This document shows positions 12,927-24,582 of a DNA stretch of 64,000 nucleotides, piece by piece (within the stretch, counting starts at the first letter, position 1; the number at the start of each line of letters is the position of its first letter). The notes beneath the pieces were generated by a model. That model searched no databases, was not told where the DNA came from, and was given only the letters and a program-made list of their open reading frames with translations. The stretch comes from Eutreptiella sp. 'Long Island Sound 2002' (lineage: Eukaryota > Protista > Euglenida), in contig OZ038378.1 of assembly GCA_964036045.1 (NCBI GenBank), forward strand, positions 42,842,001 through 42,906,000, read 5' to 3'. The position numbers were made by a program, and so were the translations under genes.

Positions 12927-14243
12927 CTACACCCCTCTCCCCAACTCTAGGTGGCTCCACCATACGGCTCTAAGGTGCGTGCGAAGGGAACAACTTGGTG
13001 CATACATGTGGGGGAAGGGGCTAAAATCGATCAAAAGGGGCTCAAAATGGGCTCAAAACACTTGTTCGTGCACCCCCAATGGTCGAGGATCACTTTTGGA
13101 AAAACGCGTTTTTGACTCATTTTTCACCCATTTTTGCTCCCAAAATGGCCCTTTTTCAAGGCATTTTGGGATTTTCCAGGGCCAAAACCTGTCCCAATGG
13201 GCTCAAAATGGGCTAAAAACACTTGTCGGAGCATCCGAAATGGTTCAAAATCACTTTTGGAAAAACGCGTTTTTGACCCATTTTTGACCCATTTTTGGTC
13301 CCAAAAAGGCCCATTTTCAAGGCATTTTGGGATTTTCCATGGGCCAAAACGCGTCACCACGGGCTCAAAATGGGCTAAAAACACTTGTTTGAGCATCCCA
13401 AATGGTCCACGATCACTTTTGGAAAAACACATTTTTGACCCATTTTCGACCCATTTTTGGTTCCAAACGGCCCATTTTCAAGGCATTTTGGGATTTTCCA
13501 TGGCCCAAAACGCGCCACCACGGGCTCAAAACGAGCTGAAAACGCCTGTTTGAGCATCCCAAGTGGTCTGGGAACAACTTTGGAAAAAATGAGTTTTTTC
13601 GCCCCGGGGACCCTGGTGGACCCACCGTTGGCCCCCGCCGTGCGCGGGCCTGGCTGCCCTCCGGCTGTACCAAGTGACCACTGGTACGGGTGTCTAGGCG
13701 TCCATTAGTGGGGGGTTGCGGGTGGACTAGGTGCCCTCGGAATCAGATTTTGAGCCACGTAGCCCAAGATACGGCGCGTGCTTGGTTTCAGGGTGTTAAC
13801 TGGTGCACATTGCGCAGATTTTGGGGCTTTTTGGCGCCTTTTTGGGCTGTTTCTCGGACATATTGTGGAGTTGAAGGGCACTAGAGGGCTCTCTAACACG
13901 GCGAAGTCAAGCCGCACATGTAGTGTAGGCACCGTTTCCCTTCGTTTGGGCGTTTCGCCCGGGTTTGGGGGCTATTTTGGACGAAAAATGGCTGTTGTTG
14001 GCCCAAAACTGCGCAGATTTGGGAGGGCACCCCCAGACTTGGCGCCACCGCCCCGGGCCACCACCGGTGAGTTTCTGGCTCAAAACTTGGATTTGGCACG
14101 GCCACCACCTAGGCTCCAAGATGGCTACATGGGCAGAAGATCCGAAGCGTTGGGACGGAGCAATGGCCAAAACGGCATGGAGACGTCCTTGTTGTTGCTT
14201 GTTGTTGTTGTTGTTAGCTAAATTTAAGGGGAGAGGGGTGTAG
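12927..14243 (+). mobile_element. Non-autonomous TIR element, copy 1 (~1317 bp, subfamily A)
   Basis: 15-bp TIR CTACACCCCTCTCCC...GGGAGAGGGGTGTAG, internal 161-bp subrepeats and no credible ORF. Preceded by (CT)n and followed by (TA)n. Confidence 0.85.
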
Positions 14244-14287
<44 letters not shown>

Positions 14288-14293
14288 TCCAAT

Positions 14294-14354
14294 CTACACC
14301 CCTCTCCCCTTAAATTTAGCTAACAACAACAACAACAAGGGGAGAGGGGTGTAG
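14294..14354. repeat. 61-bp mini-element: TIR + inverted right-end segment + TIR
   Basis: ctacacccctctccc-cttaaatttagctaacaacaacaacaacaag-gggagaggggtgtag, flanked by (TA)n. Confidence 0.85.
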
Positions 14355-14454
<100 letters not shown>

Positions 14455-14460
14455 TCCAAT

Positions 14461-15773
14461 CTACACCCCTCTCCCAACTCTAGGTGGCTCCACACGGCTC
14501 TAAGGTACGGGTGAAGGGCACAAAGTGGTGCATACATGTGGTGGAAGGGGCTAAAATCGATCAAAAGGGGCTCAAAATGGGCTCAAAACACTTGTTCGTG
14601 CACCCCCAATGGTCGAGGATCACTTTTGGAAAAACGCGTTTTTGACTCATTTTTCACCCATTTTTGCTCCCAAAATGGCCCTTTTTCAAGGCATTTTGGG
14701 ATTTTCCAGGGCCAAAACCTGTCCCAATGGGCTCAAAATGGGCTAAAAACACTTGTCGGAGCATCCGAAATGGTTCAAAATCACTTTTGGAAAAACGCGT
14801 TTTTGACCCATTTTTGACCCATTTTTGGTCCCAAAAAGGCCCATTTTCAAGGCATTTTGGGATTTTCCATGGGCCAAAACGCGTCACCACGGGCTCAAAA
14901 TGGGCTAAAAACACTTGTTTGAGCATCCCAAATGGTCCACGATCACTTTTGGAAAAACACATTTTTGACCCATTTTCGACCCATTTTTGGTTCCAAACGG
15001 CCCATTTTCAAGGCATTTTGGGATTTTCCATGGCCCAAAACGCGCCACCACGGGCTCAAAACGAGCTGAAAACGCCTGTTTGAGCATCCCAAGTGGTCTG
15101 GGAACAACTTTGGAAAAAATGAGTTTTTTCGCCCCGGGGACCCTGGTGGACCCACCGTTGGCCCCCGCCGTGCGCGGGCCTGGCTGCCCTCCGGCTGTAC
15201 CAAGTGACCACTGGTACGGGTGTCTAGGCGTCCGTTAGTGGGGGGTTGCGGATGGACCAGGTGCCCTCGGAATCAGATTTTGAGCCACGTAGCCCAAGAT
15301 ACGGCGCGTGCTTGGTTTCAGGGTGTTAACTGGTGCACATTGCGCAGATTTTGGGGCTTTTTGGCGCCTTTTTGGGCTGTTTCTCGGACATATTGTGGAG
15401 TTGAAGGGCACTAGAGGGCTCTCTAACACGGCGAAGTCAAGCCGCACGTGTAGTGTAGGCACCGTTTCCCTTCGTTTGGGCGTTTCGCCCGGGTTTGGGG
15501 GCTATTTTGGACGAAAAATGGCTGTTGTTGGCCCAAAACTGCGCAGATTTGGGAGGGCACCCCCCGACTTGGCGCCACCGCCCCGGGCCACCACCGGTGA
15601 GTTTCTGGCTCAAAACTTGGATTTGGCACGGCCACCACCTAGGCTCCAAGATGGCTACATGGGCAGAAGATCCGAAGCGTTGGGACGGAGCAATGGCCAA
15701 AACGGCGTGGAGACGTCCTTGTTGTTGCTTGTTGTTGTTGTCGTTAGCTAAATTTAAGGGGAGAGGGGTGTCG
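14461..15773 (+). mobile_element. Non-autonomous TIR element, copy 2 (1313 bp, subfamily A)
   Basis: Near-identical to copy 1, (TA)n on both sides, right TIR ends gtgtcg. Confidence 0.85.
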
Positions 15774-15843
<70 letters not shown>

Positions 15844-15849
15844 TCCAAT

Positions 15850-17162
15850 CTACACCCCTCTCCCAACTCTAGGTGGCTCCACACGGCTCTAAGGTACGGG
15901 TGAAGGGCACAAAGTGGTGCATACATGTGGTGGAAGGGGCTAAACTCGGTCAAAACGGGCTCAAAACGGGCTAAAAACACTTGTTTGAGCATCCCAAATG
16001 GTCCGGGATCACTTTTGGAAAAACGCGTTTTTGACTCATTTTTCACCCATTTTTGCTCCCAAAATGGCCCTTTTTCAAGGCATTTTGGGATTTTCCAGGG
16101 CCAAAACCTGTCCCAATGGGCTCAAAATGGGCTAAAAACACTTGTCGGAGCATCCGAAATGGTTCAAAATCACTTTTGGAAAAACGCGTTTTTGACCCAT
16201 TTTTGACCCATTTTTGGTCCCAAAACGGCCCATTTTCAAGGCATTTTGGGATTTTCCATGGGCCAAAACGCGTCACCACGGGCTCAAAATGGGCTAAAAA
16301 CACTTGTTTGAGCATCCCAAATGGTCCACGATCACTTTTGGAAAAACACATTTTTGACCCATTTTCGACCCATTTTTGGTTCCAAACGGCCCATTTTCAA
16401 GGCATTTTGGGATTTTCCATGGCCCAAAACGCGCCACCACGGGCTCAAAACGAGCTGAAAACGCCTGTTTGAGCATCCCAAGTGGTCTGGGAACAACTTT
16501 GGAAAAAATGAGTTTTTTCGCCCCGGGGACCCTGGTGGACCCACCGTTGGCCCCCGCCGTGCGCGGGCCTGGCTGCCCTCCGGCTGTACCAAGTGACCAC
16601 TGGTACGGGTGTCTAGGCGTCCGTTAGTGGGGGGTTGCGGGTGGACTAGGTGCCCTCGGAATCAGATTTTGAGCCACGTAGCCCAAGATACGGCGCGTGC
16701 TTGGTTTCAGGGTGTTAACTGGTGCACATTGCGCAGATTTTGGGGCTTTTTGGCGCCTTTTTGGGCTGTTTCTCGGACATATTGTGGAGTTGAAGGGCAC
16801 TAGAGGGCTCTCTAACACGGCGAAGTCAAGCCGCACGTGTAGTGTAGGCACCGTTTCCCTTCGTTTGGGCGTTTCGCCCGGGTTTGGGGGCTATTTTGGA
16901 CGAAAAATGGCTGTTGTTGGCCCAAAACTGCGCAGATTTGGGAGGGCACCCCCCGACTTGGCGCCACCGCCCCGGGCCACCACCGGTGAGTTTCTGGCTC
17001 AAAACTTGGATTTGGCACGGCCACCACCTAGGCTCCAAGATGGCTACATGGGCAGAAGATCCGAAGCGTTGGGACGGAGCAATGGCCAAAACGGCATGGA
17101 GACGTCCTTGTTGTTGCTTGTTGTTGTTGTTGTTAGCTAAATTTAAGGGGAGAGGGGTGTAG
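15850..17162 (+). mobile_element. Non-autonomous TIR element, copy 3 (1313 bp)
   Basis: Same TIRs. The 5' segment has the aactcggtcaaaacggg variant shared with copies 4-6, while the body is like copies 1-2. Confidence 0.85.
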
Positions 17163-17208
<46 letters not shown>

Positions 17209-17214
17209 TCCAAT

Positions 17215-17275
17215 CTACACCCCTCTCCCCTTAAATTTAGCTAACAACAACAACAACAAGGGGAGAGGGGTGTAG
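17215..17275. repeat. Second 61-bp mini-element
   Basis: Identical to 14294-14354 and flanked by (TA)n. Confidence 0.85.
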
Positions 17276-17277
17276 TA

Positions 17278-17327
<50 letters not shown>

Positions 17328-17333
17328 TCCAAT

Positions 17334-18646
17334 CTACACCCCTCTCCCAACTCTAGGTGGCTCCACACGGCTCTAAGGTACGGGTGAAGGGCACAAAGTG
17401 GTGCATACATGTCGTGGAAGGGGCTAAACTCGGTCAAAACGGGCTCAAAACGGGCTAAAAACACTTGTTTGAGGATCCCAAATGGTCCGGGATCACTTTT
17501 GGAAAAACGCGTTTTTGACTCATTTTTCACCCATTTTTGCTCCCAAAATGGCCCTTTTTCAAGGCATTTTGGGATTTTCCAGGGCCAAAACCTGTCCCAA
17601 TGGGCTCAAAATGGGCTAAAAACACTTGTCGGAGCATCCGAAATGGTTCAAAATCACTTTTGGAAAAACGCGTTTTTGACCCATTTTTGACCCATTTTTG
17701 GTCCCAAAACGGCCCATTTTCAAGGCATTTTGGGATTTTCCATGGGCCAAAACGCGTCACCACGGGCTCAAAATGGGCTAAAAACACTTGTTTGAGCATC
17801 CCAAATGGTCCACGATCACTTTTGGAAAAACACATTTTTGACCCATTTTCGACCCATTTTTGGTTCCAAACGGCCCATTTTCAAGGCATTTTGGGATTTT
17901 CCATGGCCCAAAACGCGCCACCACGGGCTCAAAACGAGCTGAAAACGCCTGTTTGAGCATCCCAAGTGGTCTGGGAACAACTTTGGAAAAAATGAGTTTT
18001 TTCGCCCCGGGGACCCTGGTGGACCCACCGTTGGCCCCCGCCGTGCGCGGGCCTGGCTGCCCTCCGGCTGTACCAAGTGACCACTGGTACGGGTGTCTAG
18101 GCGTCCGTTAGTGGGGGGTTGCGGGTGGACTAGGTGCCCTCGGAATCAGATTTTGAGCCACGTAGCCCAAGATACGGCGCGTGCTTGGTTTCAGGGTGTT
18201 AACTGGTGCACATTGCGCAGATTTTGGGGCTTTTTGGCGCCTTTTTGGGCTGTTTCTCGGACATATTGTGGAGTTGAAGGGCACTAGAGGGCTCTCTAAC
18301 ACGGCGAAGTCAAGCCGCACGTGTAGTGTAGGCACCGTTTCCCTTCGTTTGGGCGTTTCGCCCGGGTTTGGGGGCTATTTTGGACGAAAAATGGCTGTTG
18401 TTGGCCCAAAACTGCGCAGATTTGGGAGGGCACCCCCCGACTTGGCGCCACCGCCCCGGGCCACCACCGGTGAGTTTCTGGCTCAAAACTTGGATTTGGC
18501 ACGGCCACCACCTAGGCTCCAAGATGGCTACATGGGCAGAAGATCCGAAGCGTTGGGACGGAGCAATGGCCAAAACGGCATGGAGACGTCCTTGTTGTTG
18601 CTTGTTGTTGTTGTTGTTAGCTAAATTTAAGGGGAGAGGGGTGTAG
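17334..18646 (+). mobile_element. Non-autonomous TIR element, copy 4 (1313 bp)
   Basis: Near-identical to copy 3, with (TA)n flanks. Confidence 0.85.
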
Positions 18647-18763
<117 letters not shown>

Positions 18764-18772
18764 TCCTCCAAT

Positions 18773-19954
18773 CTACACCCCTCTCCCAACTCTAGATGGC
18801 TCCACCACACCACTCTAAGGTACGTGCGAAGGGCACAAAGTGGTGCATACATGTGGTGGAAGGGGCTAAACTCGGTCAAAACGGGCTCAAAACGGGCAAA
18901 AAACACTTGTTTGAGCACCCCAAATGGTCCGGGATCACTTTTGGAAAAACGCGTTTTTCACCCATTTTTGACCCATTTTTGGTCCCAAAATGGCCCATTT
19001 TCAAGGCATTTTGGGATTTTCCATGAGCCAAAACCCGTCGCCACGGGCTCAAAATGGGCTAGAACCACTTGTTTGAGCATCATAAATGGTTCGGGATCAT
19101 TTTTGGAAAAACCCGTTTTGGACCCATTTTGGACCCATTTTTGGTCTTGAAACGGCCCATTTTGAAGGCATTTTGGGATTTTCCATGGCCCAAAAGGCGC
19201 CACCACAGGCTCTAAACGGCCTAAAAACACTTGTTTGAGCATCCCAAGTGGTCTGGGAACAACTTTGGAAAAAAATGTTTTTTTCGCCCCGGGGACCCTC
19301 GTGGACCCACCGTTGGCCCACACTCTGCGTGGGCTGGCCGGCCCTCCGGCTGCACCAAGTGACCACTGGTACGGGGTTCTACGTGTCTCGTTGGGCGATT
19401 CTGAGGCTTGGAAACCATGAAAAGTGGGGGGGTTGCAGGTGGACTAGGTGCCCTCGGAATTGGGTTTTGAGCCACGTAGCCCAAGATACGGCCCATTCTT
19501 GGTTTCGGGGTGCTGGTGCACGTTGCGCAGTTTTTGGGGCTTTTTGGCGCCTTTTGGGGCCGTTTCTCGGACATATCGTGGAGTTAGAGGGCACCAAAGG
19601 TCCCTTGGTCGCGAGAAAGTCAAGCCGCACGTGGAGTGTAGCAGCCGTTTGCCTTCGTTTGGCTGCTTTGAACCCTTACCAGGGCTGTTTTGGGCGAAAA
19701 ATGGCTGTTTTTGGCCCGAAGCTGCGCAGTTTTGGGAGGGCACCTCCCGACTTGGCGCCACCGCCCCGGGCCGCCACCGGTGAGTTTTTGGCTCAAAACT
19801 TGGATTTGGCAAGGCCACCCACCACCTAGGCTCTAGGATGGCTAAAGTAGAGTCAGGCCCGAGGCGTTGGGAAGGTGCAATGGCCAAAACAGCACGGAGA
19901 CGTGTTGTTGTTGTTGCTTGCTTGTTAGCTAAATTTAAGGGGAGAGGGGTGTAG
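18773..19954 (+). mobile_element. Non-autonomous TIR element, copy 5 (1182 bp, subfamily B)
   Basis: Same TIRs, one fewer 161-bp subrepeat and a diverged 3' half (aaccatgaaaagtgggggg, gaacccttaccaggg). Confidence 0.8.
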
Positions 19955-20004
<50 letters not shown>

Positions 20005-20010
20005 TCCAAT

Positions 20011-21186
20011 CTACACCCCTCTCCCAACTCTAGGTGGCTCCACACGGCTCTAAGGTACGGGTGAAGGGCACAAAGTGGTGCATACATGTCGTGGAAGGGG
20101 CTAAACTCGGTCAAAACGGGCTCAAAACGGGCTAAAAACACTTGTTTGAGCATCCCAAATGGTCCGGGATCACTTTTGGAAAAACGCGTTTTGACCCATT
20201 TTTGACCCATTTTTGGTCCCAAAATGGCTCATTTTCAAGGCATTTTGGGAGTTTCCAGGAGCCAAAACCCGTCCCCATGGGCTCAAAATGGGCTAAAAAC
20301 ACTTGTTTGAGCATCCAAAATGGTCTAGGATCACTTTTGGAAAAACGCGTTTTTGACCCATTTTTGACGCATTTTTGGTCTTGAAACGGCCCATTTTCAA
20401 GGCATTTTGGGATTTTCCGTGGCCCAAAACGCACCACCACGGGCTCAAAACGGGCCAAAAACACGTGTTTGAGCATCCCAAGTGGTCCGGGAACAACTTG
20501 GGAAAAAAATGTTTTTTTCGCCCCGGGGACCCTGGTGGACCCACCGTTGGCCCCCACCGTGCGTGGGCTGGCCGGCCCTCCGGCTGCACCAAGTGACCAC
20601 TGGTACGGGGGTCTACGTGTCTCGTTGGGCGAGTCTGAGGCTTGGAAACCACAAAATGTGGGGGGTTGCGGGTGGACTAGGTGCCCTCGGAATTCGTTGT
20701 TGAGCCACGTAGCCCAAGATACGGCCCATTCTTGGTTTCGGGGTGCTGGTGCACATTGCGCAGTTTTTGGGGCTTTTTGGCGCCTTTTTGGGCCGTTTCT
20801 CGGACATATCGTGGAGTTAGAGGGCACCAAAAGTCCCTTGGTCGCGAGAAAGTCAAGCCGCACGTGCAGTGTAGCAACCGATTGCCTTCGTTTGGCTGTT
20901 TTGAACCCTTACTAGGGCTGTTTTGGGCGAAAAATGGCTGTTTTTGGCCCAAAACTGCGCAGTTTTGGGAGGGCACCTCCCGACTTGGCGCCCCCGCCCC
21001 GGGCCGCCACCGGTGAGTTTTTGGCTCAAAACTTGGATTTGGCAAGGGCACCACCTAGGCTCTAGGATGGCTAAAGTAGAGTTAGGCCCGAGGCGTTGGG
21101 AAGGTGCAATGGCTGAAACGGCACGGAGACGTGTTGCTTGTTGTTGTTGCTTGTTGTTAGCTAAATTTAAGGGGAGAGGGGTGTAG
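20011..21186 (+). mobile_element. Non-autonomous TIR element, copy 6 (1176 bp, subfamily B)
   Basis: Same TIRs, 3' half similar to copy 5, followed by short atatatacatatat. Confidence 0.8.
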
Positions 21187-21238
21187 TAATATATATACAT
21201 ATATGAGGTGCACACACGTGTGGTGCACACACATGTGC

Positions 21239-22250
21239 TTTATGTGAAGTCGCAAAACACACGCTTGTAGATGAGGTCTGCCTTCTTATCTTTGTAGGTG
21301 GGTTGTGCTCAGGGAGGATTGTGCTTGCACATGTTGCGAAGCACGTCCGTGGTCTTTGTATCCAACTCTTCAATCAATTTTTTGTCATACTACAATTTAC
21401 CACAGGCATCTTTGGGGTAATGCTCTGGAACAAAATTCCTTACCACGGATCACCACCTTTGGACGGACCTCATCTACAGAAGGCGGCTGGTCAAACAGAA
21501 GCCGGTCACCCAATGCGAATGCCAATACAATGCATGCTAGTGTGGCAGTAAATTGCACTCTCCAGTTGCGCAATGCCATGCATATCTCCAAGGGACACAA
21601 AACGGAAGCATGCAGGCACACTGATAAACTCCACATTCATGGCACATGATGTGGGCTGTGTCGTCACAAAAAAAGCACGACGAACGGCTGGGTGAACAAT
21701 AGGGCCTAGCATACATCCGTGCCAAGGCCCAATTGGGTGTGGTCTCAATAGGGGGGGCATGTGCAGAATCATGATAGTGCAAAGCTGCCTGTGCAATCTC
21801 ACGCAACAACCACAGTCTGTCTTGTGGAAGTTGGATGCTACCGTGGACAACACGCCTAGACAAAAGGCAATGTAGCATCAAAAGGCGGGATGGTAGCTCA
21901 CACCGTCTTCTTGATGTAGAAAGGTGGAGTAGAGGGGGGCTATAGCAAAAGCTACACTGCCAAACTCAGCCAAGAACCTGTCCCACCTCTTTTGTGGCCT
22001 TGGCTCAATGCCTTCTTGTTCGGCAATGAGGTTGACTATGGCCAATGTACCCTTTGCGAATTGCCGTTAAGGGAACTTTTGAATGAGAGAGCGAATATGG
22101 GTACCCAAAACAACTATTTTGTCCGAAAAAGGTCTTTTTCAATGGGTTGGAATGGAGGACATGGTTTCAAACATTCTAAAAAAATAAAATACAGGTCCCT
22201 GCGAGAACAAACCACCCCTTTTCCATACACTGCGTGGCCATGGTAGCCGT
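21239..22250 (-). pseudogene. Cassette gene D: Cys-rich Zn finger plus C-terminal SAP/HEH-like motif (disrupted)
   Basis: CFFCDDTAHIMCHECGVYQCAC at 21612-21677 and terminal LIEELDTKTTDVLRNMCKHNPP*AQPTYKDKKADLIYKRVF* at 21239-21385. Stops and frameshifts. The start is uncertain. Confidence 0.5.
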
Positions 22251-22306
22251 TTAATGCCCTATTCGTATTGTGCCGTTCGCCTGTGTCTGCTGCGACACTT
22301 GCGAAT

Positions 22307-22381
22307 GCGAATCTAGGACAAATTCGCGCGAACTTCGCGCGAACTTGGCGCGAAGTTCGCGCGAATTTGTCCCAGATTCGC
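22307..22381. promoter_or_regulatory. 75-bp near-perfect palindrome containing four TT(C/G)GCGCGAA 10-mers at 11-bp spacing
   Basis: 34-bp arms (22307-22340 and 22348-22381) with one mismatch and a 7-nt loop. The 10-mers start at 22323, 22334, 22345 and 22356. It lies upstream of gene D. The regulatory role is inferred. Confidence 0.6.
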
Positions 22382-22453
22382 GTACAGGTATGCACATCTT
22401 AATTCACAATAACACGCACGTCCACTTCGCCGGCCATGAACTGTCCAAACGTA

Positions 22454-24247
22454 CTATGCTCGTTGTTTGCGCTGTTTGCGGCGTCTGAAACGTTGCGTAA
22501 GGGTATGTACATAGTTGAGGTCACTAAGGGCCCTCTTGCAGGCCCGCCTAGCCAATTGTTGTACGGTCACTGGGCCTTGCCCACGCATGGACCTCTTTGT
22601 CACGTCCCACCCCTCCGCACGGAGGCTGTCGTCTATGGTGTGGTTGTCAACGACAACCTGCACACCTAGCCGCCAACGCAGAAGGCTTAGGCCCCCGCTG
22701 TTGCGCAACATGCGCTTGAGCCTACGGTGGCTGCCTTCCATGGCGAAGCATGAAAATTGGGAGAGATTTCTCCGATGGCTGGCAAAAAAAGACATGTGGT
22801 CAATCCACAAATGTGACCACAATAGCTTAGGCCATTCCAAGAGTTAGTGGGCTTTGCCCGTTGCTATGCTACAGTCACGTAACCTTCCTAGGTCTGCCCC
22901 GGACAGCCAAGATGTCCGCCATGCATATATACACATCTTGGCAAAATTGTCCCACCACTGCCTACAAACATCCCCCCATGGTTTCCCCCCCACCCGCTTG
23001 TTGTTCATTCCCCCCTCTTCAAGGCACACGGCAATGAGTGCCTCCCACCTCCGGGTGCGCATGAGTTGCACAGCCGCGGCACACTCTAGCCTAACGTTTC
23101 CCTTCGCGTTGGCGGTGTCGTTGCCCTTTGCCATCCTACCCTTTGTTACCGTCTTGGCTGCCATGCGGGCAACATCTAGGATCGGTTGGAAAAAATTGCG
23201 GACAACGACCGCCGCGGACTTGCCAGTGTCAGCCGACACCGCATCCCTCATGCCGGAAATACCACAAATAGTTACCCGCAGCATCCCGTGCAACCCGTAG
23301 TCAGGAATGCGACGTTTGGCTGGGATGTGTCTATATATGGCTCCCATGGGGAGCACAACCTCCCACCACCCATCAATGGTGGCTTCCAAGCCAAAATTGG
23401 CAAGGCAGTCTGGCCTATTGCGGCCGCAAACCCAACAAACCATGGCTCGCGGAGCCTCGGCTTTAAAATTTTTACAATTGGCCATTAAAATTTGTGCCTT
23501 GCCATCGGCACAGAGGAAGAAAAGTGTCTCCCGGTCGGCACCGGAAGTATCTTGGAAGACAACCTTACCAGCATTCCACAACTGTTGGTCGAAGTCAACC
23601 TCTTGAGCAGCCGCGTACAAGGTCGACCACTCCTCACTACCCCCCAATAGCCACCAACTTGCTAGTTGATCGGGGCTACGGGTACCCCCGAGGGTGCAAT
23701 GCACGAAGGACGCCTCGTGCCGCGACGTGCCGTCCACTGCTAGTGGCATCCAATGCAGCCTTGGATTGCCCGGTTGTTGGACGTGGGCGGGTTCAACCGG
23801 TCGGCAACGGTACAAGTGTTGCAACCGCGCCGGTAACGGGCAGAAGGCTCCGTATAGCTCCGTGTCATCCCCCGTCTTGGCTACAAACCCCTCCGATGCG
23901 GGCTGCGCAAGCTGCTGCATGGTGACCCACACGTCCTCCGATGGTACTCCCTCCACTAAATGGGGAGTGAGGTACTGCGCCTCCGTCCTGGACAGGTGCA
24001 GCAATCGGATGCGCCACACCGCTGCGACGGTCTTCTCCCACATGGATGGTGCAGTGGGTAGAGCACCACTCCCCCCCCCCCTGTCTACTGGCGTGAGGAC
24101 AAGCTGCCCTGTGTCCGGAAGGTGCCTCACCAGATATTCCTGCAATGTCCTCAAGCGGCGGGCCCGGTACTGCCTGGACTTGACATGGGCAAAGGCCTTC
24201 TTCCCCTTGTCGCCACTCCCACGTCCCATGACAAAAAACACTGACAA
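22454..24247 (-). pseudogene. Cassette gene C: RAG1/Transib-like DDE transposase (~597 codons, one in-frame TAA at 22844-22846)
   Basis: ORFs 22844-24247 and 22454-22840 are in the same frame. Motifs are LAVDGT (D ~23733), LCADGK (D ~23505), CWVC (23426-23437), DYGLHGMLR, H-x4-H (HLWIDH, 22796-22813) and E (22736-22738). The E lies exactly 20 residues after the second His, as for RAG1 H937/H942/E962. Confidence 0.75.
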
Positions 24248-24398
24248 TAGGCAAAAGGCAATGCATGTTGATTATGAAAGTCAAGAAAGTCAGACAAAGT
24301 CAGCCCCATTGGCATCCACCGCACAACAAAAAATTTGTACAACACATTCGTACACCCCATGTATTGGGAACCACTATTAAAGACAAATACTGTATAAA

Positions 24399-24512
24399 TT
24401 CGCACGAAGTTCGCGCGAAGTTCGCAAACAACCCCGGACGGTAGTCGGCTGGGTCGTTCGCGCATTTGCAAGGAATCGCGCGAAGTTCGCGCCAAGTGCG
24501 CGCGAAGTTCGC
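24399..24512. promoter_or_regulatory. Cluster of TTCGCGCGAA-like 10-mers upstream of gene C
   Basis: Copies or variants at 24399, 24410, 24421 and at 24475, 24486, 24497, 24508, with 11-bp spacing in each run. Confidence 0.6.
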
Positions 24513-24582
24513 AGCATGTTCAGGACAGTGGTTGGCCCCGGTGTAATTTACAATGGTTAAAAGGGCCGTTCGCAGGGTGACA

